A stretch of DNA of 61,706 bases, filler included, from Basidiobolus ranarum (GCA_040143965.1; 7 parts of 7 records of this genome joined end to end with filler, not necessarily neighbours in it), one strand, 5' to 3'; shown: positions 38,842-53,253, numbered from the whole stretch's first letter. Notes: generated from the sequence alone by a model not told the origin. Numbers and translations are program-made.

Positions 38842-40821
38842 AAATCTGGTGTCTCCTGGAGAGATACTTAATTTTCATCCTATAAGATACATTTGTTTAT
38901 GACCCTTATTGACCGGTCTTCTCTGTGTATCATCTTGAAAACTTTTTGGACCTTCCTTGCGTAAGTCTTTTGATTTTTAGTATAGTTTACTTTTGTTTGT
39001 ACCTCTAATATGACTTGTAATTCAAGATCTAGCAATACTATGTTTCTTTACATCCGAGAGGATTCTCTTAACCTACATCTGGTTGGTTTATTATTGAACC
39101 TGATATTCCCACGTTATGCCGATATCGGTTACTTTGATTTTCCAAGTGAAAAATCCATTAGCAGAAGAATATATTGTCGTTATTTGTGTTTGGGTATTCT
39201 AGAAATTTGTCTGAAAATACTGAAGAGTAAATAAATACACTAGTAGTTCCTATCAACTGTTGTGCACTTTATTGATCGTCTGAGGTTTGCAAATACTTCG
39301 TAGATGATCATTTCTGTAAATCATGTGAATTCAGAAAGCGACCATAGCATAAGCTCCTTTTCGTAAGTCAGGCGATCTGATTATATGATTTGTTGCTTAG
39401 TCATCTGATACTCAATTCATGATTCTTTTTTTCTCGAGTGTTCTATCAAGTGACTGCTTTTAGTTCACTTCTTTTGATAAGAGTGAAGTGCGTTTGTGAG
39501 GTTTGTTCTAAAGCACACAACCATAACATCTCTAAGTTTTGGCCCTTGCTGAGAAGTTTATAGGATGGCCTCCTCTGACTAGGAAAGATGGAATACTAAC
39601 ATATGTACAGATAATACCAGTACAATATATGCTTAAAAACAGTTTCAGAAAAGCACCTTTCAGGTTGAACCAATATATTGTATTTGGGAGAGAGCTAGTG
39701 GTTTTCGTCCTGAAAATGGCTTGAATTATATAGATAACCATAGATAAGACTCGTCACCTCCATCGAGAAACAATGCAAAACTGGAGTAAGCAAAAGGGGA
39801 TGAATAATCCTTCGACAGTTTGCTTAAACATGGTGTAATAGAATGTGTTAACCCCGCTCTCAAGTCTAATCAGGCTGATGTAGTTAAAACCCGTCGGATA
39901 AGTGTGCAGGAAGTGTAAGGATATAATAGATCGATCATTAGGATACGTTCAACAAGGTAAAGATTGGTGGAATTGAACTGATTAGGAGTACAAGTTAGTT
40001 TTAGGAGTGTATACCCTAAAGCATGGTAGTTATCTCCAGTCTTCCGTAGTAGATTTGTAATCTATATTAGTCATGATAGATATGGGTTAGGGTTGGATGT
40101 GATTACCAGAATTTGCCGGCAATACAAGGCCATATTACAGGTTGCCGTTTCTAGCTCCAGAAAATATGAAACTGGGACATTCTATATGCACACCCTACCA
40201 GTTTCGCCTTTTTGGTTTGCTACTATACACATTCGTGTGAATTCAGCTCACACTAGTCCCATGTTGCGAGCACGCCGGGCCATAGGTCTCTCTTTACGAT
40301 TAAGCAATATATCCTCATCTCAAATCCGCATTTGTAGCCGCCATGTTGCAGAAACATTACTGATGCTCGCCTGTTGGCAGAAGCATAGATCGACGAAATG
40401 GACGCCCAGACTGGTGATAACAGTAGTACACTAGTTCAACTTGTTTAAAAATGACAAACATTCAAATCTTTCCACTGTGAGAAATCCGAAAGCGGACAAA
40501 CACACAGTAAAAAATGCTTAAAATAGTAACTTCACACTGGTTGCCTACAATCGGATTGATTAGAAATCTCACTAGGTTTCATTTTTGTCATATTTTTCCG
40601 TCGAATCATATTGAGATTAGAAATAGCTAATATCATATGTGACTTCAAAAGGGGTATAGCTAAAGTCAACTAATTTTGGAATCACCATTTTGCTTACTCA
40701 TAAATATCATGATAAAGCTGAAAGATTTCACACGACTCTGGCCTCGGAAGTCAATTTTCATCCAGTTGACTTCGCACTTGCGAACTTTTCTAAATATTCA
40801 TTACCTCCTTTACGCTCAAAA

Positions 40822-42440
40822 ATGTCTACAAAAGCCCGATTGTCTTCTGAGATGGATACACACCATGTCATTGCATCTACAGAAAATCTAACGAATGCAC
40901 GGTCTAGTCGCTTTCGTTGGTTAATTCTTTTGTTTTCTTCCTTTTTAATCTTTGGAAGTTATTACTGGTACTTGAAATCACTATTTATCTTTTAATTCAC
41001 ATACTAACTTCGGTTTCTTGAAAACCATTAGCGGAGACACACCTGGTGTTAGTATTATTCACTACTTACCTTGCGTATAAATATTTAATATATTCCTCTT
41101 AATAATCCAACATATCTGTTTATTTTAGATTATCAGTGTTCAATTGCGTGACCACTTGGGGGAAAGTGCTGAGCTGTGGAATTATCAACTTGGAGTGCTG
41201 TACTCTATTGCTTCTCTTCCAAATATTTTCTTTCCCTTCTTTGGTGGGGTACTGCTTGACCGATTGGGACGAAGAATTAATCTGATCACCTTTGCAAGCT
41301 CTGTTTGCATTGGCCAAGCACTATTCGCAATCGGTGTCAGTGTTAAAGCATTTTGGTTGATGTGTATAGGAAGACTATTGCTGGGTATCGGTAACGGGTG
41401 CTTATCTGTAATTCAAGCAAAAATTACTGCTCAATGGTTCCGTAGCAGTAAGCTTGCCTTTGCCTTAGCAGTCAATGTGACTATTGGAAAAGTTGGGTCT
41501 GCCATTGCGGATGCTGCTACAGCAGGTCTAGAAAGACATCTTGGCCTAGACTTTACCAATTGGTTTGGGTTTATATTATGTTTGGTCTCTTTTGCGTGCG
41601 CTATGGGGCTTGTATATCTAGATACAGACCAGAGAAGGTTGAGCGAGGGAATACTGGTTTTGGAAGCTAACCAATCTTCCGAAGAGAGACTGAAGTTAAA
41701 AGAAGCTCTTGCACTGGGTTCCAGATTTTGGTTGTTATTGGTATATGCTGTTCTTCTATACGGTAAGGTATTTTCTATTACTTTTAGCATGACTCTAGTT
41801 TACTCAATTGTGTGAAATTGTTAGGTGCAATTACGTTTGGCTGGACTTCTAGTACCTTCCTGCAAGCCAAATGGTTTCCTAATGATGCTGTTAAAGCTGG
41901 GGCTGGTATGTGATATTACTAACTACTGCCGATCTATTGTATTTTAATTAAAAGCGCCTTGAATTTCTAGTTACATCGATTATTAACTGGATTTCTGCAT
42001 TCGGTACACCGGTATTTGGATTCCTGTTGGACCAGACTAGGCAGCATGTCACTAGTGCCTTTATTGGTGCAGTTCTCATTTGTATCGCGCATCTGATACT
42101 AGGTTTATCAACACTTACACCTTATGTTGGATACACCATCCTGGGGATTGCCTACTCTTTCTTTACTTCTGCTGTGTGGCCGTTAGTCCCCTTTGTCGTC
42201 GACGAAGTTCATTTGGGTACGGCATTTGGATTCAGCTCCAGTGCTTACTTCTTTTCGGCCACTATCTTCCCCCTGATCAATGCTAAGATTATAGCTAGAA
42301 GTCAAGATTTTACTCACCTGGAGATATTCTTCTCCGTCATTGCAGCCTTAGGTGCTCTCGATTGCCTTGTATTAGCTTGGGTCAAACGGAATCATGAGAG
42401 GAATCTGATCGTTGAAAAAGAAACTCGAAGCGATGCTTGA
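40822..42440 (+). CDS. MFSD1-like major facilitator transporter
   Basis: RWLILLFSSFLIFGSYYCGDTPG, LYSIASLPNIFFPFFGGVLLDRLG, WF...KLAFALA and WPLVPFVVDEVHLGTAFG. Includes a 16-nt micro-exon at 41031-41046. Confidence 0.85.
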
Positions 42441-43550
42441 TTTCCATTATTTCCACGAGGTTCGCTCGATTCGTTGTACATACTCCATTTTGCTTTGTTG
42501 TATTCAATTATCTCAGAAACACATCGAACTTTAGTCTACGCGATTCAAAGGGGTGTGAATATGAACCAAATCAAATATCAAGATCCTGAATTCGATGTTT
42601 AGAGATGTTTCTATTCTAACCCATGGCTAGTTAATAAATTGAATCCTATAGGTGCCTAGTGTTCGAATCGAGACAAGATTTGCACCTCACTAGAGTGCTG
42701 ATGCAATTGAGAAAGATCCAATCACGGATACTTCACATCAATAAAATACTAGCCGGCAAGCTGAATTTCAACAGCATCAACAATAGCAACTCTGTAGCCA
42801 CATTACCGGTATTATGGTCTGAATAAACGCTGACTATTGTAAGCGGTGAGAGAGGGAAGCAAATAGGGTTAGGGTTCATTACATACTATTTGATGGGATG
42901 AGGATGACTCGTGAAAATACCTCATTGTAGGCTGACTTGTGCATATTGGTTGCTATAATTACTTGTGCTTTTAGCATTCGAAACTTCATTCATCCCTAGA
43001 GTTTCTGATTCATGCATGATAACAAACGCGTATTTCGAACTGGAGGTTAAGGTGAGTAATTGCCAATATATCCTCATTTCCATTCAATTATCTCACCCAT
43101 CTTTGATCATATTTAGCAAGCGTGTTCAAGGATTAACCAGGTTTCCTCTAGTTTCTCAATTGAGCTTCTGGTTTTTAATTATACTCGTTGCTGTCGAAGT
43201 CAAATCATTTTAAGAAACTCTCAATCTAACCTCGCCTGACTTTTGTGGTCTTGGAAAAGTGGGAATGGCAAGTAACCCTCCAAAATTTATTCATTAAACT
43301 ACGAACATGGTGCATCAGTTTGTGGCAACTGCGTTCAATGATTCACATCAATCTTTCCCCATCAAACCACGGGTGGCCAGATATAGTGATTGCGGGTCAT
43401 TAAATACCATTGCTTGATCCATGATTATTTACTGCCTACTATGTTCAAAAGTTCCAGTACCCGAGTATTCGATATTTCTACTACCTTGGGTAGATGACCA
43501 TTTGCTAGTTGCTGTATTCTCTTATCCCGCTAACAGCATAACCTATTAAC

Positions 43551-44069
43551 TGTTGAAATTAGCATTGCCTAAACACCTATATAGTCATATATAGCTTAGT
43601 ACTTAGTTATCTTATTACTCACTAAGATATTATCCATTATTCTCAATCAGAATTTACTTAGAATATTTTTTACCAACTTGGAAGTTCTCAGATATATAGA
43701 TTTTTCAAACTTGTGCTAGAAGCCCCTGACTTTGCACACATGTTCCTGGGACCTTCCTTAACACACTCTATACATTAGTTTGCTTACATCTTGACAAAAC
43801 TATAAATGTCAACTTTCTACTCAATAAATCAATAAGTGAAACCCGCCAATTCATCTAATTCTCCTAACCACTTCCAACAGGCTCCCAAATACTTTAACAG
43901 GTTATGAGCCCCAAGCTTGCACTCTCTATAATGTCTACTTCTCAAATTTGTGGAAATCTTCCTTCTTCTGAAAAATTGGATGGAACCAATTATCAAGTTT
44001 GGAAAATTAAAATGAAAATGCTGCTGCAAGAAAAAGGACTTTGGGACACTGTTGTAGGAGAAGAAAACA
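43551..44069 (+). mobile_element. Ty1/copia 5' end: LTR, PBS and open gag start
   Basis: LTR 43551-43899 (TGTTGAA...TTTAACA) and PBS GGTTATGAGCCC at 43900-43911. gag starts at ATG 43931: EKLDGTNYQVWKIKMKMLLQEKGLWDTV. Confidence 0.9.
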
Positions 44070-45816
44070 NNNNNNNNNNNNNNNNNNNNNNNNNNNNNNN
44101 NNNNNNNNNNNNNTTAATTAATTAANNNNNNNNNNNNNNNNNNNNNNNNNNNNNNNNNNNNNNNNNNNNAAGAAATAAAATGGCGCGAGTATACAACCTA
44201 ACGAAAATCCATTCAAAAGTAACCGGTAATTTATCCCCCAAAAGCCCTGAATTGTAGGAATACCACGACAATATATCCGTAAAGGCTATAGTTGGGGATG
44301 TTGTCAGTTTACCTGGGTTGCATTTCTCACAAATAATCTCACAAATGATGATATGAAATTGTTCGCTGCCATAGATGCTATGGATATTGGTCACATATCC
44401 TTCGTACTACGTTTATGTCACCAGAAACAAACAGCAAAGAATGGCAACTGCTTGAAGATCGATCGGTAGCTAATAGCGTAGCTTAAATGGGTTTTCGATG
44501 TGGAGATAGTTTGAAGTAGAGAGTACTTGAGTCATGGAGTGAGTCACAATAGCTGGGTATAAATCAGCGTCCGTAGAATCTCTGCGGACATCTTAGCACT
44601 CAGCTAAAGTGGGCGATTTGCAAGTTTCCATGAATTATGATATGGTCGCACCCACCCCCACTCTTATTATGGAAGACTAGTAGAAAGCAATTACTAATCA
44701 TCCGCCAAATCTACCAAAAACCTGTAAGGTAAATTACCTGAAAGTATCATAGAAACTATTATGGTCTGTGAAACATTGATACCGACTTCAGGAGTGGCGA
44801 ATATTTTCGTCAGACGTCATCATAAATCACCATCGATTGAGTGCTTTCGTAACTGCTAAAGGAGTTGATCAAACTACCTTAGGGATGCCAAGTTACTTGC
44901 TTTGGCCAATGCTTGATTTGGTCCTGAGTTCTATTACTTGAACTAGTAAAAGTACTTGTCCCTGGAATACTGAGCCGTAATCGGCCGTGGTTCGGCTTAT
45001 TCGTTTCGGATTGATGACCCCTGGATACCTGTTCATTTATGCTCCAATAGGGATTTCAACTTTTGGTTTGGAACACCTCAAATCAACTTCCCTTGACGAG
45101 CGAACGTGTGTGCGAACCCAAGAGGTCATTGATCAAAGCCCAGGTGGGCGAGAGAGTATTGGCATATTCTATGCGGTCCTTGTAGTCATATAGAATATTA
45201 GTAGATAGCGCCCCGACATCGCCAAGCATCTTGTCTAGGATGAAGTAAAGCATGACTTGAACTCAGTTTTATGCTTTGATGCTATTTCTCCGACTTAACC
45301 CCCCTTCCCTTTCCCCATTAACATTTTCATGCTACAGAAGTAGATCGACTTAAAATTTATCCATGTACTAAGTCTAATCGCTGCCTGTCTGCTCCCCACG
45401 TAGCCGCTCTCATTTTATTTGTTGCATGTTGATTGGTTCTAAAATATATTTGATAAAGCTTACGATTTATAAATTCAGGCTGATTACTAATGCACCCTAG
45501 ATCTCTATCATCGTTTAATACATATAATATATATGAAAGTACTGTGCCATAGGTAAGAATCTAGGGTTACTATTTTGGTAAAAAACAATATTGAGTATGA
45601 TTGTGATCTATTTTTTGAAAACCCGGTTGGTCTTAGTAATTGACATTGGTGGTAGAAAACTAGATATATAGTGGCCCATATCTTTCACCTTTCATCTGTC
45701 CTTAACATTCTCATTACCTTTGATCGGTACATACGCAGTCCTCACACCCCTTGGTTCTCCTTCAATAACTTTTAACACATTGTTTCCTGTACCCTTTTCT
45801 CACTATAATTGACACA

Positions 45817-48424
45817 ATGCCTAACGAACAATTGATGAATTTCCCCAACTCTCGGGCTGAGCAATATACTGGCACACGATCATTCATGCCTACTAAGGAA
45901 GCCATCGTAACCATGAACCTCAAAGTAGAAGATGCCAAGGAGAAACGTCAAGAAATATGGAGAGCTTTTAATGATACTTTCACATTGTATGAAGACCTAT
46001 TCGATTCTATAACTGATAAAGCACACTACATGCGCGCCGACCCGCTCAGACATCCATTGATTTTCTACCTGGGTCACAGCGCTGCCTTTTACATTAACAA
46101 ACTTGTATTAGCCAAGATCCTCAAGTATAATGAACGCATTGATCCAAGTCTAGAATCCCTGGTATCAGTTGGAGTGGACGAAATGTCTTGGTAAGTTTAG
46201 CCTGAGGATCCACATTGTGAAGAAAAATCATTAAGCTTTTTTAATTATATATAGGGATGATCTCCTTTCTGATGACTATCCTTGGCCTGCTTTGGAGAAT
46301 GTACGTACTTTCCGCTCACAAGTTCGAAAATTAATCTCCGAAGTGATCCTTGAAAGACTCCCTTTGAACGACCATACTGTCATCAATTGGGAACATCCAT
46401 TTTGGCCGATCGTACTTGCGATAGAGCATGAACGCATTCATTTGGAGACCTCTTCCGTACTCATACGCCATCTCCCTCTCACGGCCCTTAATCTAAATTA
46501 TAATTCTTTCTTTAAGCAAGATTGTAAAGAATGGGATTCTATCAATCATTCAGAAGCAGATGTTGCATTTGTTCAGGTTCCAGCGGGTGATATCACTATC
46601 GGTCGTCCTATTAGTTCTGATAAGGCACGTTCTAAAGAGCACCTCGAAAATTTTGTTAACATCTATGGTTGGGATAACGAATATGGTCACCGCGCATCAT
46701 CGGTCCAGAGTTTTTTAGCGGGAGAAAAGTTAATCTCCAATGCTGACTTTTATCAATTTGTTCAAGATGGTGGTTACCACAAGGAAGAATACTGGTCTGA
46801 AGAAGGTTGGCATTGGGTCCAATATATCAAACCTGAAACACCTAGATTTTGGATAAAGAAAAGTGATGGTTCATATGTGCTGAGAAATATGCTAGAAGAG
46901 ACATCTACAATGCCTTGGAATTGGCCGGTAGAAACCAATGCTTTAGAAGCGAATGCCTACTGTCGTTGGTATAGTAAAAAATACGGCAAGCTTACTCGGT
47001 TACCCACTGAAGAAGAGTATAACCAAATGCTTCGATACGCCTTAGAACAGGAGCATCAGACTACCGGTTCCAATCCTATCGGACCTGATCATATGTTGAA
47101 TAATTGTAACATTGGTCTCCAAAAATCCACTTCCTCATGCCCAGTTGACAAATTCCGTACGGGGCCATTCTATGACGTTATGGGAAATGTTTGGCAATGG
47201 ACAAGAACTTGCATGTATCCATTTGCTGATTTTGATGTTCATCCGTTATATGATGATTTTACTGCACCCACTTTCGATGACCAGCATAATTTAATCAAAG
47301 GTGGCTCTTGGGCCTCCACTGGTAACGAGGCTACAATCTACTGCCGTTATGCATTCCGTCGTCATTTTTATCAACATGCTGGCTTCCGAGTTATTCAACC
47401 AATAGACCAAGAGAGCATTGGCATGAGTGAATCTAAACAAGAGCCCGACTTTGAGCCCAAAAATATATTCGTTACCGGAAATGGCCAAGAAACTTCTGGA
47501 AACCCATATGAAACTGATGTTCAAGTTAACCGTTATTGTGAAGGACATTACGGACCTCAGCCTCCTTTCCCTGATGTTCAATCTTTCCAAGCAGTTTCTG
47601 CTCGCATATGTGAGGCATTAATGCGTGGTTCTGAATTTGCTGAGTTAGACAATCAAGAGCAAATTCGCGCTTTAGACCTTGGGTGTGCAACTGGTCGATC
47701 CACTTTCGAGATGTCACATTACTTTGACCAGGTGGTAGGTGTAGACTTGTCAGCTAGGTTCATCCAAGTAGGTTATCAACTAGCCCAGCGAGGAAGTATT
47801 CGGTATAGCATGCCAATTGAAGGAGAGATTCACACTCTTCGTGAAGTAGTACTTGGCTCTAAAGACCTTCCATTGGATGGTTCAGATGGACTGAAATTAG
47901 TTGAACAACTCTTTGGCCCTCAGCCAATCGATCAAAGTCCGAATGATTGTAATGCGTTGGCAGATAAAGTGGTATTTCTCCAGGGAGATGCATGCAATCT
48001 GAACGCCACCAACCCAGTGTACTTCAACTTTCATTGTATTTTGGCAGCTAATATCATAGATCGCCTTTACAACCCTATTTCCTTCCTTGAAGCCATTCAT
48101 ACACGAATTGTTCCTGGCGGATTCCTTGTTATCTTATCACCCAACACATGGCTCCCTGATTTCACCCCACAAGAAAATTGGATCGGTGGTAAAAAGGTGG
48201 ATGGTGAAAACGTCACCACACGTGATGGGCTTGAACAAGTATTAAGCCCATGGTTTGATATTGTTCATATCAAGCCACACAATCCAGAATTCAAGGATGT
48301 ATTCGGAGGAAACAGTCCAGACGGAGAACTAGATTCATTCCATGTTCCATTTGTACTCCGTGAAACCCAACGCAAGTACGAATTTATCTTTGCTGAATGT
48401 ACCATCTGGAAAAAACGAGTTTAA
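45817..48424 (+). CDS. ovoA: 5-histidylcysteine sulfoxide synthase / methyltransferase OvoA (ovothiol biosynthesis)
   Basis: Two exons (45817-46190, 46255-48424; 64-nt GT-AG intron) give 847 aa. DinB-like domain: RHPLIFYLGHSAAFYINKL, GVDEMSWDDL, IEHERIHLETSSVLIR. FGE-sulfatase domain: YGWDNEYG, GNVWQWT, YDDFTAPTFDDQHNLIKGGSW, RYAFRRHFYQHAGFR. C-terminal SAM methyltransferase: ALDLGCATGR, GVDLSARFI, FLQGDACNL, FVLRETQRKY. Confidence 0.93.
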
Positions 48425-51400
48425 GCTACGGAGTAATTATTATGTCAACTTTAATGATGTTACCACATCCCCCATGTAAAGAAGAAAACTTATATCAGTG
48501 AGTCAAAACAAGAATAAAAAGCCAATTTAATAACATTACTGCCAGGTGTATGCGCATATACACCAGTATGGGGTAGTCAGGGTACTACGATTGAACCAAT
48601 AAAATTGCTCAGACAATCGTATGTTTGCCATTCTGGGTAGTTGCGAACCCATCATGGCGAGAAAGTCATTATTGGAGAGAAGTTTGAACTTGTTTATGAT
48701 TTGATAGATGTAATCCATGAAGCATATCGTGTTGTGCATCCATTTAATAGAGAAGTTTCGAAGATGCTTAATTTTTCTTGATTTTTTAAGCAATTATCTA
48801 GGAATGTCGTAGAACTTCACCATATGTAGTCAAAGTACATTGAATACTGGTTTGCAGAAGCTCTACTGCATTCTGGCTTTTCCTTATCAACCTGGTGTAT
48901 GACACATCTGCCTCTAATTCTATCCCGATAAGGAGTAGTGGTTGAATTTTAGACTTTTCTTCAGAATAAATGGGTTGGGTTATCATTCACTTAGAACTAT
49001 CATTCTGTAGCTTGAATGCTTAACATCCCTTATATTTGTTGATATTCAGCATAATAAACTTCTTTCATATCATGCTATTATATTTAACGTACAGAGGGGC
49101 TACATGCAACGTGATATCCCCATCAAAGTCAGGTAAGCTGTGGAAGTTGGCCAAGTGTAAGCCTTGGAACTGTCGCAAAGGGAGAGAATATGCTAGGCGC
49201 ATATCATGTACATAGGAAACATTTCTCTTGGTGAAATTCCCCATCAAGCTGAATTTTCTTATAAAGCTGGATAATGATTAACTGATGGTAGTGCCATCTG
49301 ATGGAATTCACTGAAAGACCTATGTGTTGAATATTGATACTGATCCAATTGATGAATACATCAGTCATCTGTTGTTTATACAGGTGGATATACTAAATCT
49401 GATTGATGATATGCACTAGGTATAGGTGTGGATTCCAACACATATTTAACAGGTAAAAGGATGACAATAGAGTTTAGATATTATCTTCATTAAGAATGTA
49501 TTCAAGTAGCACAACAAGAAGAACTTTTTCTACCCTTATAACGTTCAGCAGTGAATATTGCAAAACTAACCTGACACCAGATTGCACTGAGTTAAGGAAG
49601 AAGATAATAAGCAACTGACATTATAGTTATGTAAGCTGTGTAGGTAATCAAAGTACCCTTAGATGGATCAACAGATAGGATATTCCAGTCAGATTCAGTC
49701 ATTTTTGTGATCAGCTGTACATAAGCAATTACAGTTATTTAGTGAGTATCTCCCTGAAGAGCCGTTTGTTGGTCTTACGGAGTAAACAGTGTCCAGAGAA
49801 GTTTCAGCCATTACCCTACCCTGAGACAATTGGCGACTAACCTTTATTAGAATCCAAGGTCAATTATGGACGTAGACTGTGCTTCGAGGTTAAAAGTGCC
49901 CCTGCTTTAGGCTGAACAGCCCAAACATCTCGTTTCATAAAAAGAAGGATCCTTCTTTCGTATTATGAAGTTCCGAATTAGCTACCTCTACCTCGCGTAA
50001 CACCTTGGAATACCTGATTTGAAACGTACCATATACAATATCCACTGATCGAATGCTCGTTGATAGGGGATTCAGGAAACCCGATGATCTAAAGTTTGTT
50101 GAATACACTCTACCAGGAAGCAAACCAGATGGATACATCAAGCGTAGCAGGAACCAATGCATTTGTATAATGCATCTGTGTGGACCGGATCCTAGTATTT
50201 CCGGATTGGTTAACTCAGACTGCACAGACGCCATCCAAAGAGATCATTAGGTCTGCAAGTGTACACATTCAAAGATTAAAGAGGGTGTCTCAATATCACA
50301 GGGATTACTAGCTTGTTCACGGGATTTGCTCAGAAATTATATTGGCGACACCTTGTTAATACTGATAAGGGACACTTGCATGCACTGTATTTCATCCATT
50401 AAGATGGGTTTTTGATATGTTCCATTTCGGACATGACTCCAGAACATCGGCATATTTGTAGCAGTATGCACAATACCCATTGGAGGATGTAAATTACTCA
50501 ATCGAATTAAGTGCACTATAGCTACGTATATATTCATGCATTTACATTCACAGAAGCGCTGGCTCTCATTCGACCAATCTTCGATTCTGCAACGATATTC
50601 AAGTCATATTGAACCGTATCCAATCACTTTCATTGTTCAAGATTTTCAAGTGTTTATTGATTATTCCCAAGGGGCAGGTTCGTATCAAGTGCTATGCCTA
50701 TTTCGGCTTAGCTCCTATTCTAGGCAAGAAGATGGCAACACTTAACATCCAGTGAGGGCTTGACTAATTAATGTATTGTGGTAACCCTTCAGCCTGGCTA
50801 TTGGCACCAATCTGTTAAGTTTAGACTCAATTGGAAGGTGACAAGGCTATCAAATAATCGCCATATGACAATGAGTCTCTAACGTTCTCCTTCCGAGAAT
50901 ACGCCGCAATGATCCAAATCCCGTGTAACTCTGAGTGCTTAAGCGGCAGTGCTTCAACTAAACCTGGTCTCTTCTTAAGGCCCAGAAACGAAAGCAGGAA
51001 TCTGCAGTGATATTGAAATCGGTCGGTGAGGTGATATTCATTCGATAAACGCTACTCAACATCACGCTATGCAACGGTCTACCTACTGATCAAGATCTTA
51101 ATCCTATTGTTGAAACCTCCCTCACCTTGTCGCACATTGAAGTTATGATAATTCGAAGATAGGATAAAATTTAGTAAGCATTCATGTGAACGTGCAGGGG
51201 TAGAGATTCCACTACTCGTTCTGTGTCTCAAAGTGTAACATGTGCAATTGACTGGCATGCTAAAGACTTTCACTGGCATTAGGTGAGGGTGAGTTAGACC
51301 GCCATTACCATAATAACACTTAATCGGGTGAATTGAATATCTAGCCTTTGTATCAGGTTTAATACTGGACTCAGAATGCAGGATTGTATACTAAAGATCA

Positions 51401-52613
51401 CTAGTCCATAGAGAGATTGGTCTCATCTCCATAGGCCCCCATTCGCTAACTTTCCTTTGAGCCTTCGTAACTTGGTTTGCTTCATAGCTTCTCGAATGAG
51501 CCTGTGTTGATAAATAAACTAGGGTTGGATCCAAATGTACTAATATCTTAGGCGTAATCCGCAAGGGTTATAAGTACATATTACTATTCTTATCTATGAA
51601 AGGATCACCCGCATGAGTGCTAATGCGGGCTATTTTTCAACCTCCTGGCAATATAGACCTAGATTGTGGTGCTTTACACCTCACTAAACCATAAGCGGTT
51701 AGTTTCATCTATTCCATTAATCGTCAATGAAGTGTGGTCAATATTGAACTGTGTTGGTGAAACGTTCTCATATGACCATGGCATCGCAGTGATTGTAGCT
51801 TTGGCGAGTGTGTGCGTAGAAAGCCCTTGTCTCTCTTAACTGATCTCCAGCAGGTAATGTAACTTTAAATTGCTTCACATAAAGTGAGACATCCCATCAG
51901 TCTTCAAAACAACACCCAATCATGCCCTTGAGTTGAGAGACTGAGGATACTATCGCATTCCTAAGATCGCCTTAATAGTTTGAATGGGGAATCTTGAGAA
52001 AGTAGCCAAGTGCGTACAACATGAGTGGAGTGGTAGTATTTTAGATTTTTCGGAAGTAACTTGCGTATCACATCTGGTTGTGTACCAAATTCACTACCAC
52101 TGTACATGCCAGCCACCTCACCTGGACACTTCAGAATCCCAGTCGAAAGATTTGCTGTGATACGATGATACTGAAATAGCAGCATTTTGCTCTTTTCGGT
52201 CAAATTTATTGTAGCATCATTCTCTCGTCCCATTCGCTAGCTGATAGTTACAAACATGCGGAACACTACACCTATTTTCTATATAATGGCAAATTCGTAC
52301 ACCTTGGAACTAGATTACTCGTCCTCAATCTCTAGATTTCGTCCGTCTTTCATGAAATTCCCTCTTCTTGTTGCCTCCCTCGGATTGTATTTTTAAACCC
52401 AAACCTTTCACTGTCCCATTTTATATCTATCATAAGTCTAATTGATTCAATTCGCTTATTATCTCTTGGAGTCATTTATCTTCTCGTTCCTTCGACAGAA
52501 ACATTACACTATCTATATCTAGGGTCGGTCCATACGCTTAGCTTATGCAACAATAAGCCACTCCTTCCAATATTTATTACTTACTGCTTAATTCGATCCC
52601 TTTTCGCTTTGAC

Positions 52614-52890
52614 ATGACTGAAAAGGCTAGACAAGACGTGTCAAGGCTCGATATAGCCTTTCTTTTGAATACCTCAGACGATGTTACAGATCAAGGTATA
52701 TCGGTTACAATAGGATGCTCTAGTACTCTGCTCACTGGAAGAGATGGCTCAGCCTCACGAGACCCCGATGACGCACAGGATTATGAGCAAGTGTTGAGAT
52801 TGCCAAGTCAATCCGTATCTACAGACAGCTCACCCTCTTCATCCGATCCTGCATGCGATTCAAATAAAAGACACCAATGCTCACTGTGCT
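52614..52890 (+). CDS. Probable C2H2 zinc-finger transcription factor, 5' fragment
   Basis: N-terminal LDIAFLLN motif and Ser-rich linker, ending KRHQCSLC at the contig edge. Confidence 0.55.
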
Positions 52891-52990
52891 NNNNNNNNNN
52901 NNNNNNNNNNNNNNNNNNNNNNNNNNNNNNNNNNTTAATTAATTAANNNNNNNNNNNNNNNNNNNNNNNNNNNNNNNNNNNNNNNNNNNN

Positions 52991-53045
52991 GGTAGAATTG
53001 AAGCTTCCCAAGCTTTAGCCCCGGGTTCGATTCCCGGACGGCGCA
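52991..53045 (+). tRNA. tRNA-Gly(CCC), 5'-truncated by contig edge
   Basis: Identical to the 3' 55 nt of the full copy at 57700-57770. Anticodon loop TTCCCAA, T loop GGTTCGATTCC. Confidence 0.9.
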
Positions 53046-53253
53046 TCGTTTTTATGTGACTTTTATATATGTTACCTCAATTTTCTTTTAGTTAGATTAG
53101 CTGGACTTAAGTTCTAAGCCTCATTTGTATGAAAATATTTATATATGGCTTGTAGTACGTTAAATTCAACCAATTTTAATATGTCAAAAGTAAATTGTAT
53201 TTAACAAGTAATATTTTTCGGTCAATTTACAAATCATAGACAATAGCTACTCA

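Noticed and set aside
48536-50300. Possible decayed transposon (Crypton-like) downstream of ovoA
   Set aside because: Only vague similarity, with no diagnostic motif I can support.
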